From Selaginella moellendorffii (lineage: Eukaryota; Plantae; Lycopodiophyta), in the NCBI RefSeq assembly GCF_000143415.4, contig NW_003314443.1:1-64000 (forward strand): a stretch of 64,000 nt of DNA, given 5' to 3'. The translations under genes and the position numbers were made by a program. This document shows positions 11,381 to 24,500 of this stretch, piece after piece (the first letter of the stretch is position 1; every line of letters starts with the position of its first letter). Under the pieces are notes generated by a model. That model did no database searches. It worked only from the letters and a program-made list of their open reading frames with translations, and was not told where the DNA came from.

Positions 11381-14259
11381 CACAGGAGGCAAAGCATATT
11401 ATTGTACGTTTTAATTGAAAAGCATTTAGCTCAAGCGTTACAATGAGCTATCCAATAAGAGCACAACTCCCAACAATGGCCTAATCTTCATTATTGAGCT
11501 TAGTCCTGGGTTCATTTTAAAAGATTGTAACCGAGCTTAGGTGGGTTCCTTGTAAAAGATTGTAATTAGAAGCTCTATTAGCTAAAAGAGTGATGGAATC
11601 ACAAGGAATCCAATCACGGTGGCGTTCTTCAGGCCACTTTAGCACACGACAATGACATCCTCAATGTTAACAATCCACCTTGCGTGTACTAGTGCTCCAC
11701 AATCAGGCAAGTCTCTGCATAGGTTCATCATTTGGCGAGGAGCCCCACGTAGCTACATGTTATAACTTATGCTCTAGCATTCTTGAGGCCAGTTTCGTCC
11801 TACTAGATGGTACATCCTGACAAAGAACTTTTCTGATTTCGGAAGTGAATGTGATCTAGTCAGGAGCCATTCCTTCCAAGACCATCTCCTGGTAGAGGAT
11901 CAAATTAAAGCGTGGAAGAAATTCCCAGTGAGAGCGTAGGCCTAGCAGTCCATGCGACAATGTTGTGGCACTCGGGCATTTGATCGAACATTGCCCGTGC
12001 CATGTGTGTGTCGTTTTGAGTGTAGAACTCATGCTTTTCCACGGTATGTATGGTTCTTCTCGTGCTCATTTTGCTTATACTATTGTCCAGATTGCTTCAT
12101 TCCTCATAGATGTATTTTCCAAGATAAATGGAGGCCTGTAGTTCATCAACATCCAAGGCGTGGAGTGACCACATGCAACTTGTGATGAGACGAGTTTGTG
12201 ACCTTTGTGTTATGCCTTCTGCTCTTTGGAAACTTTTGAGACAGCTTGCTCTCAGCTGATTGAGTTTAAGCTCGGTCAAGGCTCTCACAAGATTGGACAA
12301 GACAAATGCCAAAACCATGTGTTTGAGGACAAGCTTAACTAGCTAGTTGCACCAAGATCACCACCAATTCCATGAGGTGTGACTTGTTTATGTTGAATCT
12401 AGGATTTTCCTCGAGAGCTTCCCTGGTTTATTGGATGTCTAGTGCAACCCTGGAGTTTTTTTTGCAGGTGAGTAAGCTTTCACGGTTTCAGAGCAATATA
12501 TTATTGCCAAGAAAAGGCATCAAAAGTTGGAGCTCTGAGTCTCACGCCCCGAGGATTTGAAAGGATCGAAACCTATGGACCTCCAGCTTTGACAACCAAG
12601 TGAAGAATAGATGGGACCAGGGTGCCTGGATCAAATCAAACTCGAGCTCAGACAAGCCATCTTCCAGAACAATATCTTAAACGGATGTTGCTGGTTTTTG
12701 TTGCAGCATACTTATACTTTGTTTCTCAAAAATAGCTTCTGCATCAGCTACTTGCTCAGATTGAGATGCAGAGTCCATCCAAGCCGTTTTGCTTGCCATG
12801 GCCTCGCCAGAGCATGGAGCAAGTGAGAGTTTCATTCCATCGAGAAGAGAATGGTTTCTTTCTTGAGCTTGACTGCAGCAAATTTTTCTAGACATGCAAA
12901 ACAACAAAAATCTTATAAAACCCACCTTGCATATGTCTCATGAATAAGTTCCGACTTTTCAGGAGTATCGGTGGGCTTCAAGCTCCTCTTTGTTTATAAA
13001 TTGTTTATAAATGTAAATGCTCTTGTGCAGGAAGCTTATGAATACTTCTTATGAAAAACACCTCAACTCTTGTATCCATTTTCTTAAAAATGAGCGAGAG
13101 CTTGCGCCGTTATGGTGAAGGTATGATATACGTTAAGAAGCAATTAGTGTTTAGTGCCATCTCTCGATGTTTGGGTGGCTTGAATCCCTCAGAGCTCTCC
13201 ATCCGGTTGCGCCCAGACAAAGGCAACGTTTTCCATCCCCTCTCTCTCAATTACACAACGAGCCTGTCGTGCCGGACTTGGGACGAGCTGGTCCAGGAGC
13301 TCAGCTGCATCTATTCTGACGCAATTGCTTCGCTCCCTGACACATCCCTTCCGGAGGCCAAGACGCGGCAAAATGCGGCGATCATCCAAGGCATCCAGCC
13401 GCCCAAGGACGAAAGGGAGCCGACTTGGATGTCGAAGCTGTCCGAGATTTGCAGAGGTAGGATCAACGTGGACTTGCTTTTGTGCCACAAATTCATGCTC
13501 GCCTTTAGCTACCATCTGGACATGAACGATTCAAACGTCGTCTCCATCGACAAGGAGCAAGATTGCCAGGACCTGATCACGCAAGAAGAAGAAGAGCTCT
13601 ACATTGATCGTCACCTCCCTCGAGCTCAAGCTGACGAGATTGTGTGCAAGATCTCTCAAGTTTTGCCACAGTCGTACCGGTGGCTGGGTCTGGAGGAGAT
13701 GGACAGCAAAGAGGAGGTTTTCCGCGTGATCAACTGGGACGTGGAGGTGAGGAGCTCCAATCTCAGCCAGGCAAACAAGATCTTGGATTGACGTGGTCGG
13801 TTGGCACTCACTCAGTACACTGTATGCCCAGTCCGGGCATCTTGAGATTTCCAGGAACAAGGAGTTCCGTGATCGTCTCCTGGAACGCGATGATCACCGC
13901 GTATGTGGCGGCATCCCGCATCCGAGAGTGAGAGTCTATGTTTGATTGCGACTCAGAGCGCCATGGAACTCGATTATAATGGCACTCGTGCACCAGGGGC
14001 AAATGAAATCGACCTTGCGCAAAAACGCCGGCCAAGGATCTCATGTCCTGGACGAATCTACTGCCCAGAATGACAGGACGTTCCGTGGGTTCCCCTTCCA
14101 GCAGTGAATACCAGAGGGGGGATTTGGCCACCGCCAGAGAGATCTTAGACGTGGTGCATGGACGGTGATGACGACAGCCACCAAGGCGTCGTTGCCCTCA
14201 CGAAGAACAGCTTCGGTCAAATCCCGGAGAAGAATCCAGTACTGTGGATCCTCGCATTT

Positions 14260-14915
14260 GCGAGAATGGGTGTTTTGACAAGGCCGTTCACGAGATCCTG
14301 TGCAAGACCATTGTCTGCTGGATAGCTCTCACGCAAGTTTCAACTTGAGCGCCGCCAGGAGCATGTTTGAGAGCATGAAGATGCGCACCTTGGTTTCCTG
14401 GACGACCAACACTCAAAACGGGCACTACGATCGAGCAGTGGAAGTCTTCCAGCTTATGAATCTTGAGGGTGTCAAGCCGGACGAGTTGATGTTCCAGAGC
14501 GTTTTAACTTCGTGCAGCCATGCCAAGCTGGGAACACTTGGTCTTGATCAGCCAGTACTTTGGGATGGTGGCGAGGAGAGGGCACTCTATATTTCTGCAT
14601 GATCGACGTCCTGGGTCGATCCAGGAGAACTTTGAGTCCGGAGGAGCTCGTCAAACTCGATGCCATTCCTTCCAGATGTCGTGATCTGGATGGGAGCTTG
14701 CCTCCTCCATGGCTGATTGTGCTGAGAGATGAGAGCGCTGGAGCCCTGCTACACTAGTGGTCTCTCAAACATGTACTCTGTCGATTACACATGGGGAGGT
14801 GGGACAAGGTCTCGATGATCTGGAACCTGATGAGGTCGAGGCGAGTGAGAAAAGTTCCAGGGATCAGTAACATCGTTCGAGTTGGTAGCGAAGTTCACAG
14901 CTTCGTGGTCACAGC
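14260..14915 (+). pseudogene. PLS-class PPR gene fragment with E domain, frameshifted
   Basis: ARSMFESMKMRTLVSWT..NGHYDRAVEVFQLMNLEGVKPDELMFQSVLTSCSHA, YFCMIDVLGRS, MGRWDKVSMIWNLMRSRRVRKVPGISNIVRVGSEVHSFVV, spread over several frames. Confidence 0.85.
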
Positions 14916-15539
14916 GAAGACATCGTCAAGGAGCACAGGGGAGAGAGCAAAAGGAGGAGCTGCTGCACTACCACCAGTGTTGTGGCTTTTGGATTGATCA
15001 GCAGGGCACAAGGGATATATGTTGCAGTGAAAGCATTGCTTTCCCACAGTTCATCTTTCGCCATTTTTGCTCTAAATACTCTTGTGGAGGACAGCCACCT
15101 TTTGGCCCCGAGTACTTTCCATGCATTGCCCCCTCTTCTTCACACAGGGTGAGGATTTGAAAGAACAGATAAGTACCTCCAGCCTTGGACTCTTAAAGCG
15201 TGCCTGGATCAATTTAATCTTCAATGCTCAAACAAGCCATCTTCGGACATTCAGTCGTTGGATGCAGCAAACCTTGTTTCTCAAAAGAAGAAAAGGTAGG
15301 TTATCCCAGGGATTCAGTGGTGAAATCTTCATTCCATAATGTTTTCTTTCTTGAGCTTGACAACCGCAGAAAGGAATGATATACATTGAGAAGCAATTAG
15401 TGTCCGATTTGGACGGGAACCTGATGGCCGGACATCTGGTTAGAATAAACAAATATATTGGCAAAGTCACAGGTTCGAATCCACAGCCAGAGACCCAATC
15501 AAAAAATTTTGCAACGCTTCTCCCTCCTTTGCATCTTGC

Positions 15540-16110
15540 AAGCTACTGTGATCAGAGCGAGCTCTTCTGCCTGCAGTCATCTCGGGATGAGAACTACTTG
15601 TCGTCCATAGCCCAAGACTACAGCATGTCCACGATCATGGAACACTTAAGATGCTTGGTGGATCTCCTGGGGATGAGAACTACTTGTCGTCCATAGCCCA
15701 AGACTACAGCATGTCCACGATCATGGAACACTTAAGATGCTTGGTGGATCTCCTGGGGAGATCTGGGAAGCTAGACGAGGCCAGTGTCGAGCCAAATTTC
15801 AGCGCTGGAGAATGAAAGAGTGGAGAAAAGTCCGATGCTAGTGCAGCTCCAACCATTCTTCTCAATCCCTGTCGATTACACTCGAAGGAATGTCCCCGAA
15901 TGAGGCTCGAATGTGCTCTTGGCACAAGTGATCCAGGCCAGGCCAGTCCAGGCCACAGAGTCGACTAGCGCGTGGATCTCCCCCGGATCGGCATTGATAG
16001 CTGCCAAGAGAAATAACTGGATGCTTGAAAAAGAGTAACAAGGGCAAATGCCGCGATCGCGATCTTTCATCTTCTGGAAGATTTCCGGCGCCCGCACTTT
16101 CCATACATTT
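15540..16110. pseudogene. Further PPR fragments on both strands, with an ~86-bp tandem duplication specific to copy A
   Basis: MEHLRCLVDLLGRSGKLDEA on +; RAPEIFQKMKDR on -. ggatgagaactacttg... occurs at 15585 and 15671 but only once in copy D (~47785). Confidence 0.7.
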
Positions 16111-18040
16111 CTATGACCAGATTAGCAAGGAACCTCGAGGCCGCTGGAGACGATTTTCCTCGTGGATGCGCCTTCCCCCTCCCAGATCTGTGCTCACCGC
16201 ATTCTCACCCAGGCGCCCACCGCTGGAGATCGCTCCTCCTTCCTGCAAATCTTCGCTGGATGGCACCTCCTCGTCAAGGCTCAAGAACGATGCCATGGAA
16301 AACCACCGCCATTGCCATTATACGCTACTGCTGCACATTTTCGATCCAGGGGGCTCTTTACCCGGGCGGTCTGCTGCTGCCGGGCGTGCTCTACGAGTCG
16401 AGCAGCATGGTCTTTCTTCTCAGTCTCAGACATCTTCAAACTAGGCTCACAAGCACAAGCACTGCTTTTCCGCGGTATGTATGGTTCTTCTCGTGCTCAT
16501 TTTGCTTATACTCTTGTCCAGTCCAGATTGCTTCATTCCTCATCTTCGCCACCCTTTGGCTTCGAGCATTTTCCAAGATAAAATGGAGGCCTGTAGTTCA
16601 TCAACATCCAAGGCGTGGAGTGACCACAGCGCAACTTGTGATGAGATGAGTTGGTGACCTGGTATACTTTTTTGTGTTATGCCATCTGCTCTTGAGAAAG
16701 CTTGCTCTGAGCTGATTGAGTTTGAGCTTGGTCAAGGCTCTCACAGGTTTATTGGATCTCTGGTGCAACCCTGGAGTTTTGTTTGCGGGTGAGTAAGCTT
16801 TCACGGTTTGAGAGCAATATATTATATTATTGCCAAGAAAAGGCATCAAAACTTGGAGCTCCAGAGTCTCACGCCCCGAGGATTTGAAAGGATCCAAACC
16901 TATGGACCTCCAGCTTGGACAACCAAGTGAAGAATAGATTCCCGGGACCATGGTGCCTGGATCAAATCAAACTCGAGCTCAGACAAGCCATCTTCCAGAA
17001 TAATATCTTAAACGGATGTCGCTGGTTCTTGTTGCAGCATACTTATACTTTGTTTCTCAAAAATAGCTTCTGCATCAGCTGCTTGCTCAGATTGAGATGT
17101 AGAGTCCATCCAAGCCGTTTTGTTTGCCATGGCCTCGCCAGAGCATGGAGAAAGTGAGAGTTTCATTCCATTGAGAAGAGAATGGTTTCTTTCTTGAGCT
17201 TGACAGTAGCAACGCGCTGCGCGCCATGCGCCCACAAAACGAAAATCTCTTGCGCCGCTGTTTACATTATGGTATCCGTTAAGAAGCAATTAGTGTACAC
17301 TTTGGAGGCTAGAATAAAAAAATATATTGGCAAGGTCACGGGTTCGATTCCACAGCCAGAGACCCAATCAAATTTTTTTGTATGAACGAGGGATTTCTCT
17401 TCTCCGCAAAGTCGCTCTCGGCAGCGTTGCTGGAGCTAAATCTTCTATCGTACCGATCCCCCCGAATGATCCACGCCGCCGCGCCGGGTTCAGGCTCTTG
17501 GATCGCGCGATATTCCCTTTCGCTGGCAAATGCGAGCAGCAAGAACAGGGCATTCGATCGATGCGGCGTCAATCTTGTTCGATTAGGAGTCTCCTGGAAC
17601 GCGATGGTCACCGCGTATGTGGCGGCATCCCGCATCCGAGAGTGAGAGTCTATGTTTGATTGCGTCTCAGAGCGCCATGGAACTCGATGATAATGGCGCT
17701 CGCGCAGCAGGGGCAAATTGTGGCAGCGAAATCGAGCTTGGGCAAAAACGCCGGCCAAGGATCTGGTGTCCTGGACGAATCTACTGCCCAGAATGACAGG
17801 ACGTTCCATGGGTTCCCCTTCCAGCAGTGAATAGCAGAGGGGGGATTTGGCCACCTCCAAAGAAATCTTTGATTTCATGCCGGATGAAGACGGTATTGAT
17901 TCGGCCAGTAGCTGCTCTCCAGGATCCGCGCGTGGATCCGCGGGCCTCGCAGCCCCTGGATGTCGTCCACGTGGAGAATCAGATGGATTCCAAATCTTCT
18001 TTTTAATAAGAGGTGCTGAAATAATATTTTGTTATCTCCC

Positions 18041-18200
18041 AGTGTTCATGGCTTTGTGGTTATAGCATGCACGCTGTAATGTTCTATTGTGAAGGGTTGC
18101 TGGGTTCGATTCCCATTCGCCTCGACTTTCAATTAAGAATAATACAGTGTTAGGGTCGCCCCCTAACATGAACACTATTTTATTATTTTATTATTAAATT
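18041..18200 (+). mobile_element. tRNA-derived SINE-like element
   Basis: A-box-like TGGCTTTGTGG (18049), CTGTA, B box GGTTCGATTCC (18103), hairpin tgttaggg-tcgcc-ccctaaca, TTA-rich tail. Truncated copies at 42815-42918 (-) and 50180-50285 (+). Confidence 0.55.
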
Positions 18201-18842
18201 AACTGTGTTGAGTTTCTGGGTGTTAAGTTGGTACTAGATCATAGGAAACCAAAAGTGTAATCAATGGAATCCATTATTACAGACTTAAACAAACATGTTA
18301 ACTTAAGTGCATCTCCACTGTAGCCATGCAATCAAATTTTGTGGAAGGGAAGACATATATTTGATTTGCTCCAATAGCACACAAACAGCACAAACATGCC
18401 ATTGAGCTTACCAATTCGATCATATATACCAAATTCTCATCAGTTGTCACTTCAGCATAATGGATCAATCACACATAATGTTGTGCCATTTAATTCTCGA
18501 TGACCCTGCCAGCATATGCAAGCCTTCCTCACCATTTGAACAAGAAAGACGCTAGACAACAAGCTAGAAATAGTGAATAAGAATGAACTTCTAAACGCAG
18601 TTTATATTAGTGGTAACTACAACAAATAAAAGGTTAAGAGTGATACATCACAGCCGTTGGATTAAAGGATATCTTAGTGCGGCTACGGTTTCGCGAGGTG
18701 GGAGAGACTCAGGTATTCATCTTCCTCTGTGCAGCGGAAAGCTGCCATCTCTCGATGTTTGGGTGGCTTGAATCCCTCGGAGCTCTCCATCCGGTTGCAC
18801 CCAGACAAAGGCAACGTTTTCCATCCCCTCTCTCTCAATTAC

Positions 18843-19136
18843 TGAAGATGTGAAAACTCCTCTTCGCTGGAAATCTATTGTTAGTAAGAAAAACAAAAGA
18901 GAAAAGGGCCCGATCTCCAAGGGCAGAGAAGAAGCACAAGTAAAAGAATGCTGTGTATTGATAAGAAAAACAATGGAATGGAGATAGGGATCCACAATTT
19001 GGATTCCCCCCTTTGAAAGGCTAGCGGTTCTAACTGCTAGCATATACTATATGCTATGCATGATTTAATCTATGGCTTCGATGCAGCCCTGGGTTCAAAG
19101 TCGGAGTCCCCTGAACCTGGGTTTTTGGTTGATACA
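18843..19136 (-). repeat. 3' LTR of gypsy copy 1
   Basis: 294 bp; about 13 substitutions and one 2-bp indel versus the 5' LTR, counted by eye. Confidence 0.95.
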
Positions 19137-19748
19137 CTCTACTCCTCTGACAGAACCAAACACCGTCCTCGGTGCGAACATAGTCAGTTTCCATCGCTTG
19201 TTGCTGCTGCTGCTCAAGTTGATAGAGGCGATGTTTTTGCTGCGGGAGTGTAAGCTCGTGGTTAGGGACACTGTCTGGTGGATCTGTCCCATCTTCCTGG
19301 AGGTCGGCTACCTCAGCCAGTAGGGCGGTATGATCATCCTCGAGCTTCCGGTAGCGGGTGTTGAGCTCTTCTATATTTGAATTTGTAGGTGAATTCATGA
19401 GCTGCTGATGGGTTGATGGCTGCTTGGAGACGATCTTCCTGATGTCCCGGAGGTCACTGTGGAGCTGCTTCATCTCTTCGATCTGAGTATCCAGCCGGTG
19501 GTTTAAAGGCTTATAGAATTCCTTCTTGATCGCTCCCCGGGTGTATATGAAGGAGTCTTGCTTGAGAAGATGCTGTGCGATGTCGGCTGGTGTTGGGAAG
19601 TAGTTTGCTTGCTCACGGTGCATGCGTTGATTGAGCGCTTCAAACAACTTGCGGGTGCAGTAGCTTGGGTCGCAAAGTTTATCTTCGTACTCCTTCCTGA
19701 TCTCGTCGTAATCACGGCGTACCTGACTCTGTGGCTGAGGCATGGCTG

Positions 19749-19779
<31 letters not shown>

Positions 19780-21123
19780 GTGATCCTGGTGTTTCTTGCT
19801 AGGGTTCGCTGTGTTCTTGGTCCCGGGAGTTGAAGTTGCTGGAGGCTGAATCTGCTTCGTTGGATGTGGGTGATGTGATCGGGCTGGATTCTTTGACGTG
19901 GTTGGAGATGAGCTTTTCAGTTTGATGGTGGATGAATGGCCCAGATGTGGCACTGAAATTAATTTATCTGTTGCAGAATTTTTGTGAATGCTGGTCGTGG
20001 TATTTGTTGGAGGAGGCATGGTTGCGTGTTCTTCAAGTGATTGGCGAAGGTAGTCAATGTTTTCTTTTGTGGAACGTGTCGAGGAGGTCGGGGCATTGAG
20101 AATGTTGTTCTCAGCTGGTGGAGAAATTGAGTTCTGGGCGATCAGCTGACGTTTTCCTTTGGCAATATTGATGTGTTTGTGAGAAGTTGTCGGTTTTGGG
20201 GCTGATTCGAGTGGATGCGGGCTCTGGGGTGAGTGTGGATGGTGGTGTGAGTTGTGTTCCTTGACGAGGTGCTCTCGGATCAGCGGTTTGGGAGCTGGAT
20301 TCCCTGGTGTTTTGCGTGTGAGGCGGCGGCGAAGTGGAGTTGAATTGTTGGAGTGTTTGTTGCTGGAGCTGGTGTTGTTGGAGTGAGTTGAGCCTGATTG
20401 TTGAGATGCTGGCTTCGGTTTCTTGCTGGGAGTTGCTCCTTCTGATTCTGAGTGTTCTTCGGAGCTGTCGCTTTGTTCTGTGGAGTTCGTTTGGGTTGTC
20501 CACGGTTGCTTGTTGGGAAGAGCTTGGTGTAGAGCGATCAGCAGTGGGAAGATTACTGTCCGCATGGTCTTCTTGTTGAGTGTGGCAAGGATGGCACGGT
20601 CGAGAAGCTTGAGAAGGAGCTTGTGGAGATGATGAGCCACGTTCACACGTTTGCCGTCGAGTAGAGCTCCGTAGACTTCTGCTGTGCACTTGCTGATGGT
20701 GCGATCTGTTGGGCGAAGTTCGTAGTAGAGGAGGAGGGCTTTGAGGCGATCCATATGCTGCTCCTCGATGTCCTCCCATGTGAGCTCACCGGTAATTTCT
20801 CAATTGGCCTTGATGATTTGCTGTGGAACTTCTCCTGAAAATTTGAGCAGTCCCTTGTTGGAGATTTTGAAAACAGAGGCAATTCTTGCTGGGCTGAGGG
20901 TGATCTCGTTGGTGCCGTCGGTTATGGTGCTGTTCTTGGTGTTGAAGGAGGCAGCCAGTTTCCTCGCTAGTTTTTTATCAGGGTTTGTTGAAAAGGCCTT
21001 GTGGAGGAGCTCGAATCCGTGGTCCTTGAGCCAGGTGGTTGTGTCGTTGCTGGGAAGTTTAGGAATATGGTGTATGATGTATCTGAGGCGCTGGGGTGGA
21101 TGAGCTGGCATCTTTCTCTTCAT
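19054..21123 (-). CDS. 3' extra ORF of the gypsy element (plant-transposon-protein/'env-like' domain, low-complexity region, coiled coil)
   Basis: WLKDHGFELL..LARKLAASF..EITLSPARIASVFKI..LLDGKRVNVAHHLH..VIFPLLI. One premature TGA at 20800, which is CGA in copy 2. The frame ends inside the 3' LTR. Confidence 0.7.
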
Positions 21124-21529
21124 TTTTTGTGGTCGAAGTGCTCGCCCCGTTAGGGTTCTTGAAACCTGTAACTGTTGGTTGGCTGATTGTGTGGCGCTCG
21201 ATTGCTGGTGATGAACGGTAGAGATTTGTTGATGGAATTGATGTGGTTTGATTTGGCTTGATTGTAAATCAATGGTGGATATTGCTGATGAAGTTAACTC
21301 AAGTTCAACTGTTGATATTTGCTCAGGTGGTGTAGATCCAACAGTAGCTTGGGACTTAGAGATTTTTGCTACTGTTTGTTGCTGAAGTTGGTGGATGAGT
21401 TCGTGTTGAGTTGAGTTGAGTTGTGTTGAACTGATTTGAGTTAAAGTTTGTCTGCTGGGGTGAGTGTTGATTGTTGGTTTTGGGGTGTTTGTCGGTTTGG
21501 GTCTGAAATTTGCTGAGGTGCTGATGCTG

Positions 21530-24500
21530 AATATGTCGACGTGATATGGTCGAAGCTTGTTGAGGTTGACGATCTCAGTGAATTCTTCAGGGAGTGTGCT
21601 GACTTTGGCAGTGCCGTTGGGGTATAGTTCAATGATTTTGAAAGGTCCTTGCCAGTTGGTGTGGAGTTTTTGGCCTAGTTTGCTGATGGGTCCTCGGTAC
21701 CAGAGAACATGATCGTCGGCGTTGTATTTGGGAATGTTATGCCGGGATGCTTGTCGGTTGTGCCAAGCTTTTCTCTGTTTTTGGATGGCATGAAGTGTCC
21801 AGAGGGCGTTGAGGCGGAGTTCGTCGAGATGTTCGAGTTGCTGAAGCCTTTCTCGAACTGCATGTCGGGTGTTGAGATTATACTTGACGGTGACTTGCAT
21901 GCTTGGGACGATGAATTCAATTGGCGTGATGGATTCTGTTCCGAAGGCGAGTTTGAATGGCATTATGTCAGTGGTGACTTTATACGCAGTGTGATAGGCC
22001 CAAAGTACGTCAAGAAGTTTGTCGTCCCAGTCTTTGCCAGAATCATTGATGACTTTTTTGAGGATGGTCTTCAGTGTTTTGTTCGTTGCTTCTGCTTGAC
22101 CATTGCCTTGAGGATAGTATGGTGTTGACGTTTTGTGTCGGATTTTGAACTTGGTGGCGAGATGTTCGATTGTTTGGTTGATAAAGTGGGTGCCTTTGTC
22201 GGTGACGAGTTCGAGTGGTGTGCTGAAACGAGTGATGATATTTTTGTAGATGAAGGTTGTTGTTGCTTTCACTGTGGCATGTCGGAGAGGTATTGCTTCG
22301 GCCCACTTGGTAGTGTAATCGGTGGCGACGATGATGTATTGATTTTGTCGATGGGTGCTGACTTGGGGTCTGATGAAGTCAAGTCCCCATTTTTGAAATG
22401 GTGCCATTGGGAATGTTGGGTTGAGTTGTTGAGTCTGAGTTTTCGGCAGTAATTGGTGTCTTTGACATGTGTCGCAGCATTTGCATAATTCTTCAGTGTC
22501 ATGCCAGAGTGTCGGCCACCAGAGGCCGGCTTGAAGAATCTTCCGAGTTGTGGTGTCAGCAGCGAAGTGTCCACCGGAAGGTCCATCGTGAGCTTCCTTG
22601 ATGATTTGAGTTGTGCTTTGCGGTTTGATGCATCGGCGAAGAATGTTGTCAATTCCTAGTTTGTAGAGAGTGCCTCCAATGACTGAGTATCGTCGGGTTT
22701 TAGCAACAAAAGTCTTCTTTTGGTTGGACATAGTGTACTGATTTGGAACTCTTGCTGAGTTCAGGTAACTGAAGACGTCGTCGAGCCAGGTTGCTGGTAT
22801 TGAAACTCGGAATAGGTTTGAGTCAGGTAAGTCATTGGTAAGTCTTTCAGGTTTGTCGCCGGTGGTGATCCGGCTGAGATAATCTGCTTGCTCATGATTT
22901 TTGCCAGGTTTGTGGACGATCTCGAAGTTGTATTCTTGTAGTAAAAGGAACCATCTTGATATTCGACCAGATAATATCGGTTTGTTGATGAGGTAAAGGA
23001 GTGCCTTGTGGTCGATGAAAATTATGACTTTGGTTGACAGTATGTAGTGTCGGAACTTTTGAAGTGAGTAGATCATGCCGAGAGCTTCTTTCTCGGTGGT
23101 GGTGTAATTTTGTTCAGCTGGGTTGAGTAGTTGGTTGGCGTAGTAGATTGGTTGATTTCGGTTGTCATGTTGAGTTTGGCTCAGAATTGCACCAGTGGCG
23201 ACGTCAGAAGTGTCGACATGAATGTGGAACTCTTGTGTCCAGTCGGGCTTGGCAAGGATCAGTGCTGTTGTTAGTTTGAGTCGGATATTGTCAAATGCTT
23301 GTTGCTGTTCGGACGTCCATGTCCATTGGGCATCTTGTTTTAGTCCATCGTTGAGTGGTTTGGCAATGTGAGTGTACTTGTGGATGAATCATCAGTGATA
23401 TCCGACTTTGCCGAGGAAGCGCCGAAGTTCTTTCTGGTTCTTCGGTGGTTCGAGTTTGGAGATGATGTCGACTTTGTCCTTGTCGATGAGAATGCCATCT
23501 TTGTAGACAACGTGGCCGAGAAGTACTCCAGATTTGACGAAGAAAGCGCATTTGTCGGGGTTGAGTGCTATGTTGTTCTCCTCACACTTGTTGAGGCATT
23601 TCTCCAGGCATTCAAGATGTTGATCTTCCGAGCTGAAAACACTAAAGTTGTCCATGAAGACTCTCATGAAGTCAGTGAGGTAGTCTCCGAAAGTGTTGGT
23701 GACAAGCCTTTGGAAGGTGAATGGGGCGTTGCAGAGTCCAAAAGGCATTTGTCGATAAGCATAGGCTCCCTATGGACTGATGAATGCTGTCTTGTGCTGA
23801 TCTTCTTTGGCGATGTGAATTTGGTTGTAGCCAGAGAAACCATCGAGGAAGGAATACATCTCGTGTCCAGCAACTGCGTCAAGAACTTCGTCGGTAAATG
23901 GTATCGGGAAGACATCTTTTTCGGTGGCGTCGTTGAGCTGTTTATAGTTGACGCAGATTCGAAGTTTGCCATTTTTCTTCGACACAACCACCAGTGGTGA
24001 AAGCCACATTGGATTCTGAATTGGGTAGATGTACTCGACTTGGAGAAGCTTGTCGAGTTCTTTCTTTACTTGTTCCATTAGATTCAGATTCATCCGGTAG
24101 GCTGCTTGTCGTCTTGGTTTTGAGTCTGGAAGAAGGGTGATGGTGTGAAGGTTGAGTTTTGGCGAAACTCCCTTAAGGTCTCGATAACTCCAAGCGAATA
24201 AGTGTTTCCTCTTTCGGAGAAGATTGGTGCTTTTGTCTTGAAAACTTGCCGAGATGTCAGTGGCGAGTACAATGTAGTGTTCGTTGCCGTCATCGGCAAG
24301 GCTGACTTTTTTGAGTTTTTGGTCGGCTGGAATTGACGGAATGTAGGCAACTTTGTTGTGGTTGTCGACTGTGAATGCCGGTGGCGCTTCGAGTTTTGTA
24401 TCTCGAGTGACTGGATTTGTCAGTGCTGATGTAATCGGTGGTCATTCTCGTTGGAAGTCAGCGACAATTCGGAAGAGGTCGATCTCGGCCAAAGGTTTGA

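Larger units (their letters stand above)
9691..18529 (+). repeat. Chimeric gene-fragment repeat, copy A (~8.84 kb)
   Basis: caccatttgaacaagaaagacgctag recurs at 18530 (period 8839) and reverse-complemented at ~42480. Internal modules are themselves duplicated: 9930-10215 ~ 13157-13437; 10550-10760 ~ 14180-14420; 12030-12875 ~ 16463-17205; 13860-14135 ~ 17585-17855. Confidence 0.9.

Noticed and set aside
13051-13791. 246-aa ORF as a genuine gene
   Set aside because: It spans mosaic junctions and is disrupted or absent in the other copies.
18041-18125. Functional tRNA-Tyr gene
   Set aside because: A and B boxes are present, but I could not form an acceptor stem or full cloverleaf.
18148-18237. 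Helitron 3' end (hairpin + CTAG)
   Set aside because: The CTAG is ~65 bp from the hairpin rather than ~10-15 bp, and the unit continues past it.
19747-19779. (GCTCCT)n microsatellite encoding a Gly-Ala run
   Set aside because: Ordinary slippage repeat in a low-complexity linker.
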